Shown: one piece after another, positions 1 to 12,865 of the stretch
Position numbering within the stretch: the stretch's first letter is position 1
Layout: each line of letters starts with the position of its first letter
DNA from: Eledone cirrhosa
Taxonomy: Eukaryota
Assembly: GCA_964016885.1 (NCBI GenBank)
Contig: OZ024740.1
Span: forward strand, 135,222,001 to 135,286,000
Length of the DNA stretch: 64,000 nt
Direction of reading: 5' to 3'
Position numbers and translations under genes: made by a program
Notes under the pieces: model-generated
Database searches by the model: none
Seen by the model: only the letters and a program-made list of their open reading frames with translations
What the model was told of the DNA's origin: nothing

Positions 1-149
1 CAGGTGCATGATCAGAGTAGGCCCACTCACATGGACCATTCTTACCACATTCACCCACCTTTCAGCAAATGTACTGGGGACAGCACTTCTCTCTCCACCC
101 TCACCCTCCTTTCCAAGTGAAACTTGAAAAAATTGATGATAATAATAAT

Positions 150-450
150 AATTGTTTCTATTTTTGGCACAAGGCCAGCAATTACCCAGTATGTTACTGG
201 TACTTTATTTTATCGACCCCGTAAGAATGAAAGGCAAAATTATCCTCGGCGGGATTTGAACTCAGAATGGCAAGGGCCATAACTCTATACGTCAAAGCAT
301 GGCATCCGACCCTCTACTGATACTGCCAAATAATAATTGTTTCTACTTTAGGCACAAGGTCAGCAATTACCCAGTGCATTACTGGTACTTTATTTTATCG
401 ACCCCGTAAGGATGAAAGGCAAAGTCAACCTCGGCGGGATTTGAACTCAG
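150..450 (-). mobile_element. Two nested copies of tRNA-derived SINE family A
   Basis: A-box (tggcagtatcggtagag) and B-box (gagttcaaatcc) head, core gcctttcatccttacggggtcgataaaataaagtaccag (resembles the Meta/MESC SINE domain, from memory), (ATT)n tail. The second copy has a 19-bp TSD at 319-337 and 450-468. Confidence 0.85.
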
Positions 451-659
451 ATACTGCCAAATAATAATACCAGTTAAATAACATCAATGACTGAGCCTCC
501 AAGAATCATCATCATCATTATGATCCTTATTGATACACAATTATATGTTGAACACCTGGTTCCTGGCCCATATGTGTCTATCTTGTCATAGGCATTATAT
601 TGGTGTCAACACAAAATACTTGACTGTACATATTTAAGGTTTCTTTTCTTCCCTTCTTC

Positions 660-1380
660 TTTGCCTACTTATTCCTGAAAGGGTCATGGGGGCACAGTCC
701 TCAAACACTGACAGGCGGGTTCTGTCAGAAACAACTGTTTCCAACTGATCCGGCTGGATCCCCAAGCGAGACCAGCCAAGCTCATGGATGTTATCCAACC
801 ATCTTGTTCAGGATCTGGGTCTCCTGCCAGTTGGTTTTGCCTATAAAATCTGTCCTGCGATTCTTTCTTCAGACATTCTAGCCACACGTCCATAGTATTG
901 GAGTTGTGATCTCTCAATTCGGAGAAGTAGCGGCTCTACCTGGAGCGATTCTCTGATCTCTAAGCAACACACTCTATCGAGTAACATTACTTCATTGACC
1001 CTTCGGCAGGATCCCATTTCGGCCACTTGTATTTGTGATCATATTATTTTGGTCATTACCCATGATTTATGACCATAGGTAAGGGTTTGTATGAATACCA
1101 AATTGAAGATAGTGAGTTTGGCTTTTACACCTATCTCTCTTCTGATTATCGAATGCTGAAGCTGGCATATTGCTGCACCAGCTCCTTCAATTCTTGCACG
1201 TAATTCAGCCTCCTGCCTTCCATCCCTTCGAGATACTTGAACTTCTCCACCTGCTTCAGTGGAACTCCATTCATATGTAGAGTGCTCTGTACAGGCTTCC
1301 TTGAGAGGACCAGTGTCTCAGTTTTCGCAGCACTCAACATCAAACCTATCACATTCAAGTCGGAGATCACCTTCATCATT
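660..1380 (-). mobile_element. Degenerate RTE-clade LINE 3' fragment (Expander/RTE-1-like, no PHD finger)
   Basis: Frameshifted peptides AAKTETLVLSRK...LKQVEKFKYL, LLLRIERSQLQYYGRVARM and RWLDNIHELGWSRLGI, typical of the RTE RT C-terminus. Confidence 0.75.
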
Positions 1381-2924
1381 GTTTAAGATATCCTCATCAC
1401 CACTTATCATCATCACCCCTATCATCAACATTAATGATATTTAAATTTTAAAAACAAAACAAAACATGATAAATTCTTAGTACTCCTTTCTTTATTAACT
1501 GAATATTAAAAATCAAATTTAAATAATAGTAATAATAATAATGATAATAATTCATATGAATGTCAATATACGAGTAATTAATTTTAGCAAATTATTTTTT
1601 TCTGTCATGTTAACTAAACATTCAGTTTGTTTTTAAAATATTTGTAAAATATTTGTATAACTTATACTATTATAATTTCTTTATTAATTTAATAATAATT
1701 ATAATTGTTTCTACTTTTGGCACACGGCCACCAATTACCCAGTGCATTACTGGTACTTTATTTTATCGACCCCAGTAGCAAGAAATAGCTGCTGGTGTGA
1801 TCTATTTTAATTTTTTATTTATTTGTTGTGGGTATGTGTGTATTTTAAAAATTTAAATTTAAAAAATATTTTATTAGTATTACTGTTTGCTGTCAAAACA
1901 ACAAAAAATGAAGAATATTTCTAAAATCTAAATTCAAATGATCCTTCAACTCTCCTGATATCTTTATTCCTTTCTTTTTCTTTTCCTTTCTTTTCTTTTT
2001 GTATCAGTCCAGGAAATATTTTCTTGTACACAATAAACAAGAATAAAAACTTATTGTATCAATTTTGAATAAGTATTTTTTTTGTTTTGTTTTGTTTTTT
2101 CATCTAAAAATATTGTATATCAATGACGAGTGCAGCCACTCATAGCAGCAGCTGTTGTTAGTTATGATTATAATGATAATATAGGATTAAAAAATATTAG
2201 ATACTCTTGGGCACATTGCCTTAAATGAACAGAGATATCATAGAGTATGAAAGTCTCTTTAGTCTTACAAGGCATATACATGGTGATAACACATGTGCTG
2301 GTACCATGATGAAATCCCTTTTGTAATGTGGTTGGCAAATGGGTGGAAACGACAGAGTTGAAAGTCCCTTTTAGTCCTGTTGAGGATAGGACATCCTATC
2401 TGGTGCTGGTGCCATAATAAAAAGTACTCAATACACTTTGTAAAGTGGTTGGTGTAGAAACCATGCCAAAAATGGAATGTATGAATGAGACATGACCCTC
2501 CAATGCATCTATGAGGGCAAGAACTGACTTAAACTCTGACGCCCTGGCAAACCCTTGTCAGCATGGAAAATGAACATAAAAATGATGATGATGATGACTA
2601 AAATATATGTATGTTTGAATTACGTATCCATTTGGATTATATAGAAGTAAGAAGCAAGTTTTAACCCTAGAAGGCTTCAGTGTGCAATAATATTTTGGTT
2701 GAGTAGCTGCAGGATGATAGTAGAGAAAAAAACAATCCATATTGGTGCCAAAAGAAATTGGATATCACTTAGTAAATAAATGATCTTGGCATTGTTGGAG
2801 GGAACAATACTAAAATACTGATGAAAATACTGAAATCATTACAAGGTCTTGTCAACAGCTGATGAAAGGAATGTCCCGCAACGCACGAACGATGCAAGTA
2901 AAATAATGTCTACAGTATTCTGAA

Positions 2925-4450
2925 TAGTTTTTGACTGAACAATATAAATTGTCTATGTACAAATAGATCAATTGGGAAGAACAGAGCTATTTTACTCACT
3001 GACTGACATTGAAATTTATTGATTGTCATTGTGAAACACTCAAACTGGAAACTGTAATTAAATAAGGGTTAACCTGGTTAAATAAGGGTTAAACTGGCTG
3101 TATCCAGCCAGAATTCTCTCACCTCTTTCTATTCTAACTGGCCATAATGGGTTGCTCATACATATGTTAAGGTATTGTTCTCAAAATAAACAATATCAAA
3201 ATCTCATAGATTTGATATTGTTTGAGATAATTATGTGAGGTAAAGACTTTACTGTGAAAATATAAAATTAAATATAGAGTAATGTAAATGCTAAAGGGTT
3301 AATGACAGAATTTGTTAGAAGGGTACAGTTTAATTCTTGACACAATGATATGTTTTCATTATGTTCATCTTCTGGAACAATGTTGCCCTCAATTCATAAA
3401 TGGATCATTTAAATTCTTGTTTCATTACAAATTCCATTAGCCTTACTTAAATTTCACAATGGCATTACAGCGCATCTCCTTTTCAAAGTCAAAGCATGTG
3501 TGTGTGTGTGTGTGTGTGCGCATTTGTGTATGCATGTGTGTAGTGGGGGAGCATTATAACAAAGTTAGTGCTGTTTAGGGACTCCACTAAAAAATTCTAC
3601 AGATGTCTTAATTTTTGTAGAAATCAATACTTTAGTAGGTAAATGTTTCTCTATAGAATAAGTTAATAATTTCCTCATTTATAGAATCAAGAACAACATA
3701 GTTTGAAATGTACAGTCAATGAAGTTTACAGGATCCAAATGGACTGTTAAAAACATGATTTGTCATTTCATGTTTATTTGATACAATCTCAATATTAGTT
3801 TGGAAATTCAAACTTGACACCAGAACCCTGTTGTTCTCTCCCTTTACCAATACACAAAACATAAAATAACCCAATCACAGTTCTCTCAATACTGTAGTTG
3901 TATACGCATGACACGTTTCAGTTTCGCCATTCTCTCCCAAAATGAGGAAGAGGTTATAATTATGTTCAATATAGCTGCTTTCTGATGTTTCTTTAAAATA
4001 TGAAGATTTGTTGAGTATCACTTAGAAACACCATGATCTTGTTACCAAAAAGTAAATCATTTTGCAAACGTTCCTGGGATGTGTGATCAACCACTTCATG
4101 CACATATTTTTATATTTGTGCAGCTTCATCCCAACACATGAAATCAGTTACGAATTGTTTTTGCATAACTGTTGACATCAATACTGTAAATAGAATCCCT
4201 GTCAATGGAAATTGGTACATGGAAATTTGATTGAGCTGTAGAATCAATTTTATAGAATAATACTCTCAGTAGAGAGATAACCTGATTGATCCAAATGTAC
4301 TTCCACATACTCAATAAGTGTTTGATGGAAATATTGTCTTTCTGGGGGCCAACAGGACCATCAATTAGGAATAGGTTTTCAGCTTAGATTGTTGCTCTGT
4401 AAATGACAAAGGTGTGTTGTTGCTTTTGAATCAAAGTCTCTTATCAACTG
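2925..4450 (-). pseudogene. Decayed PIF1-family SF1B helicase, probably a Helitron RepHel remnant
   Basis: Manual minus-strand translation gives, in order and broken by stops/frameshifts: LFLIDGPVG..RKTIF (Walker A), TAQSNFHVPI, FMCWDEAAQI..EVVDHT..NDLLFGNKIMVFLSDTQQI, FWERMAKLKRVMR, ESLNS, VMPL*NLSKANGICNETRI, VSRIKLYPS, LQFPV..FTMTINKFQCQS..LFVHRQ. Confidence 0.8.
3090..3302. mobile_element. piggyBac-like MITE (left end degraded) inserted in the helicase remnant
   Basis: Right terminus TAAATGCTAAAGGG followed by TTAA (3299-3302). Body homologous to 48904-49094 and 50070-50267. Confidence 0.7.
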
Positions 4451-4737
4451 TTTATTTCAGTTCTCTGTAGGTTATTGTTGTTGGCAATACTTGGAGATGA
4501 TCAGGGTGGTGGATTGACAAAATTGTTGGAGTGCTGGATAAAATGCTCTGTTGTATTTGTTCTGGCTCTTTACATTCTGAATCTAAATCACATTAAATTT
4601 AACTTTGCCTTTTATCCTTCCGAATTTGATAAAATAAAGTACCAGTCATGTACTAAAATCAATATATTCGACTTTGCCTTTCCCTCAAATTTGCTGGCCA
4701 CAATTAGCCTAAATTAAAAATTAATACTTAGAAGTGA

Positions 4738-7566
4738 GAGATGGATCAATAAGACAATAGAGGTAGTTCGAGTTAGTAATCGAATAATTAAGCTTAGATT
4801 AGTTGTAGGCAGGAGACTACTGACAATCATCTCTGTCTATGCTCCCAAAGCAGGCCTCGGCAGAGAAGAGAAAGACTGCTTTTACGAGCAACTTTTACAA
4901 ACAACCGCAATGACAGAGGACAGAGACATCGTTATGCTAGCAGTGGACTTCAATGGTCATGCTGGACAGCTCCAGGATGGTTACATTGGGATACATGGTG
5001 GGCACGGTTACGGCTCAAGAAATGAAGAAGGAGTGAGACTTCTTGAATTTTGTGATGCAAGTACACTGACTATTTGCAACACTAACTTCCAGAAACCTGC
5101 CAACCACCTAATAACCTACAAATCAGGCAAGCATATAAGCCAGATTGACTTCTTACTAGTTAGGCAGCGGGACAGGCAGATGGTGTCAAATACCAAGGCA
5201 TACCCTGGGGAAGAATGTACCCCACAGCATAGGTTAGTCGTTAGTGATATCTCAGTAAGCAAGAGATGGAATGAGACATACAGGAAGGTGTGGAGAAGAA
5301 AGGTCTGGAAGCTAAAAGACCTTTCACTAAAATACAAATTTAGGAAAGCCCTTCAAGATGTGTATGACGAAAAAAAAGACGATTTAGAGACGTATGACAT
5401 AGATAATAACTGGAATTTCTTACGTGACAACTTACTGCAGGCTACTGATGAAACTTGTGGCTGGAGCAGAGCTCCAACCAGACAGAGAGTGACTTGGTGG
5501 TGGAACAGCACAGTAGATAAGGCCATTAGAGACAAAAGACTAGCATGGAAGGCTTGGAAAAAGGGTGGGAGTAGAAAAGGATATACAGCCGCTAAGAGAG
5601 AAGCTAGACGTCAGGTGTACTTAGCACGCAGGGAGGCTGAGAGTAGGAGGTTTATCAATGTTCTGCGACAGGAAGATCAGAGGCGTGCAGTGTTCCACAT
5701 TGCAAGGCAGTGTGTCAATACAAATCAGGATGTTGTTGGAGATAAATGTGTCCGGAATGATGCCGGTGTACTTAGTGTCACGAATGATCAGAAAAAGGAA
5801 GCCTGGAAATGTCATTATGAGAGACTGATGAATGTGGAGAACGAATGGGAGAGAGAGAAATTACCCTCAGTAGATCCGACAGAGGGACCAGCTATGGAGA
5901 TTGACGAATATAGGGTCCAAGAGGCGATTAAGGAAATGAAAAATGGTAAGGCTGCTGGACCATCGGGGATAGTTGCTGAGATGCTGAAGGCATCAGGGGA
6001 CGTAGGCACTAAACTGGTTGCACGCATCATCAATCAGGCTATATATGGTGCAGCAGTATTCTCATAAATTGCTACAAAGGTAAAGAGGATGCTCTGGAGA
6101 GGAGCAATTACAGGGGTATAAAACTGATGGATCAGGTTATGAAAGTGGCAGAAAGGATATTAGCACAACTAATTAGAGAAAGGGTCAAACTAGATGAGAT
6201 GCAGTTTGGTTTTGTGCCTGGGAAAAGTACAACAGATGCCCTCTTCTTGGTGAGACAATTACAAGAGAGGTTCTTAGAGAAGAATAAGACACTATACATA
6301 GCTTTTGTTGACCTAGAGAAGGCCTTTGATAGGGACCACCAGATGACAGATCGGGGTACCCTAAGTAAACTAGGTGTTGAGGAATGGCTTGTGAGGACAG
6401 TGCAAACTCTGTACAGAGGTGCTGTCAGTAAAGTGAGGGTAGGAATGGAGTTTAGTGAGGAATTCCAGATACAAGTAGGAGTACATCAGGGTTCGGTCCT
6501 CAGTCCGCTCTTGTTCATTATAGTCCTCCAAGCCATAACAGAGGAGTTTAAGACTCGCTGTCCATGGGAACTTCTCTATGCTGACAATGTGGTTCTTATA
6601 GCAGAATCAGTAGAGGAGCTAGAGAATAAATTCTGGCTATGGAAACAGCAGTTGGAAGCAAGAAGACTGAGAGTGAACCTAGCTAAGATAAAAGTGTTGA
6701 TGAGTAGAAAAGAGGACAAAACTATGATTCTGTCAGGAAAATGGCCATGTTCGATATGTAGAAAAGGAACTGGCATAAATTCTATAAAATGCACACAATG
6801 CAGATCCTGGGTACACAAGAGATGTAGTGGGATAGCAGGCAAACTAACAGGTAGGGAGAAATATGTATGCAGTAGATGTACAGAGAAATTAGACAGTAGA
6901 AGTCGCATTGATAGACACATTTTTCAAATGCAGGCGGGTGCTATAGAAGTGGTGGATAGCTTCCGGTACCTAGGAGATCAGATTAGCATGGGAGGAGGGT
7001 GTTCCAAGGCCATAGTATCTAGAATAAGGACGGGTTGGAAGAAGTTTAGGGAACTGCTTCCTCTGCTGACGAAGAAGGGTTTCTCCCTGCGTATGAAAGG
7101 CCGGTTATATGATGCCTGTGTGAGGAGCGCGATGCTGCATGGTAGTGAGACATGGGCAGCAACTGCAGAGGATATGCGACAGCTGGAGAGAAATGAGGCA
7201 AGCTTGCTCCGTTGGATGTGCAATGTCAATGTGCGTGAACGACCCAGCATGAATGTGTTGAGAGAGAAACTGTGTCTGAGAGAGATAGAATGTAGTGTGC
7301 AAGAGAGGAGACTGACGTGGTATGGACATGTGATGCGCATGGAGGATGGCCGATGGGTGAAGAAGTGCCAGGAAATGCCAGTTGTAGGAAGACGTGGTAG
7401 AGGTAGACCACAAAAAACATGGGCGGAGGTCGTGAGAACAGACCTCAGATCGCTGAAGCTCACGGTGGAGATGACGAAGGACCGTGACAAGTGGAGAGAT
7501 GCTGTACTGAATAAGACCTGTCCCACCCTTGCAAGCAGGGAAAAGCGGACATAAAATGATGATGAT
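4738..7566 (+). mobile_element. 5'-truncated RTE-clade LINE: APE endonuclease, RT and PHD-like finger; pseudogenised
   Basis: ORFs 4910-6067 (DFNGH, SQIDF, QHRLVV; KAAGPSGI) and 6127-7554 (QFGF, FVDLEKAFD, GVHQGSVLSPLLF, YADN mutated from YADD, FRYLG, GRP). Frameshift near 6045; (ATG)n tail; candidate TSD GAAGTGA at 4731-4737 and 7567-7573. Confidence 0.95.
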
Positions 7567-9189
7567 GAAGTGATTTTGAAAGAGTCCTAGTTGAACCTGT
7601 CTCATATTTAATCTGATGAGATAAAAAGTCTATAAATGGATGAAAGAAAATTAAATACTATAAGCAATTTAGCTTCGTGTCTATTGTTACTTCCAATTAA
7701 TCACCTTTCCAAGCCAACAAAGTAATATTTGTATGTTCATTTGACCAGCTAGAAATAGCAATCTAATCATCTTCAAGTCATTCTGTTATCTTAGAAAAAA
7801 AGGACACATTGGACAATATAGTCCTATATTTACAAAACAATGTTTTTTTGTCATAGTACTGCTTGATTAGGGTTGACTTGGGTTGATACAACAGGTAGTC
7901 ATTCTTGAAATAGTACTACAGGTTAGACCTCTTGAATCCAGCATGCTATGATCCAGCACATTGTGAATTATTTTGTACCATTAGTTTTAATTTTAGACAT
8001 TATATTTACATGAAACAATAACATTTTTGCTTGGAGCATTATGATTTGTATGGGTTTTGTTCTAGTTTTGATTAGAGACCAACATATATGTGGAATAAGA
8101 TAGCAAGACTATGTTTATATAAGGGCTTCCCTTAGGGATCAACTTCTGTTAGCAGCATTTTTCCATGGTTGGGCAAAAGCTTGATTCTAAGATTGTCAGA
8201 TTTAAGAGGCCCAAAGAATGTTAAGACAAGACATATAAAAAGACAATAACAAATTTGTTAAAATAACTGATTTATTTCTTTAATTCAATTTCAAGAATAT
8301 AATAAAGAATATAATAAAGTTGGTTGGTGTTAGAGAAGTATAGATATATGCAATGGATCTAACATTTTAATTTTGTAATTTTTTCTTCAATTTATTTATT
8401 TATTTGTTTATTATTTTTTTTTCTGATATGTAAATGATAGACCCATTTTTACACAAAAATGAAGGATCTGAGAAATTGAAAGGAGGGAGTAATCCTTTGA
8501 AATGAAGATGAATAACAGTAAATACACAAAATGTAAAAGAATATTCAAGTAAAAATAAGTTAGAAAACAATAAAAAAACATTGGTAATGTTAGAAAACAT
8601 ACAAGATGGTGGTTGTGACTTTAGAAATGGTACAAAATATAAATAATTGTGGGCTTGACCAAGATAATGATTAAATGCATAAAAAATGGTATTCATGACA
8701 CTAGTAAATGGTAAAAAAACACAAAAGAATCAATGTTTATGACTCTAGCAATGATTAGAACACATAACATTTGAGGTGGTCATTGCCCTTGAGATGGTAG
8801 AAACAGTTTTTAAAAAAATGGTGGCAGCCATTACCCATCCTATTTAATGGCTGAAGACACACAATAATTGTATGGCCATAAACATAGGGTTATAATTTAG
8901 ACAACCAACAGTTGATTTTTAAATAACAATAGTCAGAATTTTTTTAAATATATATAAAAAAAGGGATAATAAATAAAAAAAAACAAAAACAAATAAGCAA
9001 ACAAACAAACAAACAAAAAACAACAACAAACAAAACCCCATAATGACAATAACAGTAATAACGTAGAAATTTGTTATCACATTAGCAGCAATATATAAAA
9101 AAAAATTGTCCATAATAGCTTTATTATTAATATGATTATTCTGTAATTTGTACAACAATTCTGATTCTGTCAATTTTGTTTGCTGAACA

Positions 9190-9430
9190 TCAAGCTACTC
9201 TCCTGTGGCTTTAGATATTCAGTACATATCTTCAGTTTCGAGCTGTACCAAGAAGTTATGTGTTCCGTAGTGTTGTTGCAAGGTTTGTTGTTAAGTTGAA
9301 CATAGAAAGCCATTTGTTGATATTTTCAGACACCCTATCTAGTGAGCCTATTATATTAGTTATTACTTGTTCTCTGCAGTTCCACACCCTTTTTAGCTTC
9401 CATATCATATCTTGGTACTTATCATCAGAA
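9190..9430 (-). mobile_element. R4/Dong-like (REL endonuclease) non-LTR 3' fragment
   Basis: DKYQDMIWKLKRVWN..VITNIIGSLDRV..LLGTAR..RYVL resembles the KYxxL..W..V.IGALG..LLGTAR C-terminus. Confidence 0.6.
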
Positions 9431-10149
9431 GATAGATAAATAACAGTGATATTATTATAACTACTAGAATTATTATTCATAATATTATTAATAGCATTCT
9501 TGTATCACTAAAGACTATGTCTATGTATTTAATTTTGTGTCATATTTCTTGATGAAAACATGTACATAAAATCTTTCAGGCTTTCATTTAACTGCAGTTA
9601 TAACAAGTAAGATAAAAAGGCTTTTTTTTTCTTTCTATCTTAGGTTTTAGAACAAATAGCTGATATTGTGAGGTGTATCAATCATCTCAATCAACTGTAA
9701 TAGCTTTGAAAATGATAACATTGCAATAAGGATGGTTCTTGGGTTTTAGTGGCTTATGCTAGCCCTACAATGTGCACACCCTTCTCCCAGTTATGTACCC
9801 CATTCTCCTAAATAAAATAATTTCTACTTACAGTTAGGCAAGCTGAAAAACCTAGTTTTGATACATTTTGATCTGACAACATTAAGAAAATTATGAAGCC
9901 TGCATTTTCTATTATACAGTCTCCATGCAAAATGATGTTACAGGCCATAACACCAAAATACTCTCTCAACTGCTTTGGATATTTCCACAGTGCTGACACA
10001 CAGCAAAGGGGCTTGGTGATTTATTTATTGATTACAGGAAACCATTATATATCCAAGCTTATTATTCAAATTTGTATAAAACTGTGATCCTTAAAGGCAA
10101 GTGTACAAGTTAGATATATTTTAGAAATTGATATAGACTGATGGCTGTA

Positions 10150-10812
10150 AACACAAGGTCCCTCACTGAGGGAAGTAGCCTCCCAACATAACTTAGTAGT
10201 CAGCAACCTTAGAATTAGAGCTAGACACAGAGGTGGAAGGCAAATTGGAAGAGAAGGACATGGAAGCTGAGGGAGCCCTCAGCTGGTGACAAATTCAGGG
10301 ATGCCCTACTTGATGCTGAAGAGAATAAGGAAGAAGGGATAGACCTGCAATATAGAAGAGCAGTTCTGCGAGATAACCTGCTGAAGGGTACAGACAAGAT
10401 CTGTGGTTGGTGCAAGACCCCAGAGCAACAAAGGATGACATGGTGGTAGAATAGTAGGGTAGATGAGGCAATCAAAGCTAAGAAACAAGCATGGGAAAAC
10501 TGACAAAATGGGGGAAGCAAAGAACAGTTTCAAGAAGCTAGGTGCCAGATACACTTAGCAAGGAGTAAAGCAGAAAGTAAGAAGTTGTGCACGATTTCCA
10601 TCAGAGAATCAAAGGCATAGGGGTGTTCAGGATAGCAAGGCAGTGTGCAAGGGAAAATGAAGATGTTGTTGAAAATGACTGTGGTACACTTGCTCTCACC
10701 AATGTTCAAAAGAAAGAACTAGAGAAGTGCCATTATGAGAGACTGTTGAATGAGGGGAATGCATGGACCATCTCAACTAGATGCAACAGAGGAACCAGCC
10801 ATCCTGGTTAAC
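10150..10812 (+). mobile_element. Old RTE LINE fragment
   Basis: Homologous to 5200-5900 (VFRIARQCARENEDVV, CHYERLLNE, TEEPA); many stops. Confidence 0.8.
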
Positions 10813-11145
10813 AGCACCCTTCCCTACATACCCAATTCACCTTTATTGCCCAGCCTAGGAAAGCATGGGAAGCCGAGCACATCCCACAGTATATTGCCAG
10901 GTGTCACGCACTCTCTTCAAGGCCATTCACATTACCTGGTACTTGCTGTCCCATTATATGTGTTGTTTTCATTAGATTTTGCATACCAGAAGTGTTATAA
11001 ACAAGATGATTTCAGATTATTATCATCTATAAAACTGGATGTGTCGGTGTTCAGAAATCTATAAAGAAGAAGGGTGAGAGGAATAGGAATGAAGAAATGC
11101 GAGGAACATGGAAGAAAGAGAAATAAAGAATAGAAACTGCTCTAT

Positions 11146-11147
<2 letters not shown>

Positions 11148-11205
<58 letters not shown>
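11148..11205. repeat. (GA)n microsatellite
   Basis: Direct reading. Confidence 0.95.
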
Positions 11206-11212
<7 letters not shown>

Positions 11213-12682
11213 TCAATAAATGAATATGATGAACAAACAACTCACTGTAACATATGACCCAATGGAAATTGCTGATAACAGACAACATAACCAAAAGTCA
11301 AGAGAAGAAAACATTATTTTGTTTGTTACTTATACCATCAGGGCATACTATAGTTATAATTTCATTTTTGGATCCTTAAATGACAGGTTTGCATTGGGGC
11401 TCCATAAAATAGAAAGAATAATCATTCTATTATATGAGAATGGACACATTGGATAATGTATGCCTAGATATATTATATCTAAAAGAAGTTGAGATCGTTG
11501 CTGCTGGAAAGTCTTTGATCAGAGATGAGCAGAATCAGAGTTGATCTGGGACTAAACAATAGCAATGTTGATGTTGGCAAACCCTTGCTTCACTTACATT
11601 TTCTATCTTTATTTCTTATTTGGAATCACCCCAAGCAAGATCCACAAGCTATTTTAGGTAGAGGGTTAAAGGAAAGAGAGGAGTAACATTAATGCCACAA
11701 AACTCTATAAACAACCTAAACTACCTTCCTCTATGAATGGGGTAATAAATGGGAGTGATAAATTGGTCTTAAAAGCTGGCTTCATTCAACAACACTAGTA
11801 CACAGACATGATACATCTCTATGAAATAAACTTGTTTAAGTCAACAAGAGAGCCTCTACAAGGGTCGCTCAACATCTCAGATCACATTCCACTATCTCAG
11901 AGAAAGACATACCTTAGATATTGTAGCCCTAGATGTCCCTAAAAAGATGGAATGGTCATGTTTCTTCAATTGAGGCTGACTTGGGCTTAAATCACTACAA
12001 ACTCACTCCACTGTTTCTCCTGTATACTTTCCAGACCTAACAATCCTGTAAAATCTCCATGTGGAGACCTTTCATATCCATGCACTGCTTTTTAACTAAA
12101 ACTATAGCATCACCCAAAATATATGTACAGCGCCAGAAAATAAAAAAACTGTCTTGTAATATTGGTTCAGACTATACATTCCGCATTTAAATCCTACCAA
12201 GGTCAACTTAGCCTTTCATCCAGGACCAATGTGATTCAAGTGTTGGGGTTAATTTAATTGACCATAATCCAGGAGCTGGAGTCCTATGGGTATTCCAATA
12301 TTTTCTTCAACTTCTTTCTGGCAACCCCTTGGATTACACTGGCACAAAGCTGTATTGGAGGCTCTGTATATTACAAGAATATTAACGTATCCACCTTTCT
12401 GATTTCATCGAAAGAAGGAACTATAAATGATGACATTCATACTTATTTATGACTTAAAGATATTCATATCTTCAATGGGCATGAGGCCACAGATTTGTTA
12501 GGGTTTTGATGGAATCAGCCCCAAGTATACAACTCACATTTATTTTGTCAAGCCTTGAGAGATGAAAGGTAAAATCAACCCTAGTAATATTTGGACTCTG
12601 ACATATATAAGTATGAAGCTAAATACAGTACTGTATTTATTTCCAGCACGCTACTGTTTCTGCCTTTCATCAGTTGTATAAT

Positions 12683-12865
12683 AATTGTTTCTACTTTTGG
12701 CATAAGGCCAGCAATTACCCCAGTGCAGTACTGGTGCTTTATTTTATCAACCCCGTAAGGATGAAAGGCAAAGTTGACCTCGGCGGGATTTGAACTCAGA
12801 ATAGAAAGGGCCGTAACTCTATGCGTCAAAGCATGGTGTCTGACCCTCTACCAATACTGCCAAGC
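12683..12865 (-). mobile_element. SINE family A, full length
   Basis: Same consensus; approximate TSD cagtt(g/t)tataataa on both sides. Confidence 0.85.

Noticed and set aside
6576-7605. Antisense ORFs over the RTE copies
   Set aside because: Shadow frames of the LINE coding sequence.
7612-7650. CTGATGA...GAAA resembling a hammerhead
   Set aside because: No pairing stems; the ggatgaaag portion looks like a decayed SINE core.
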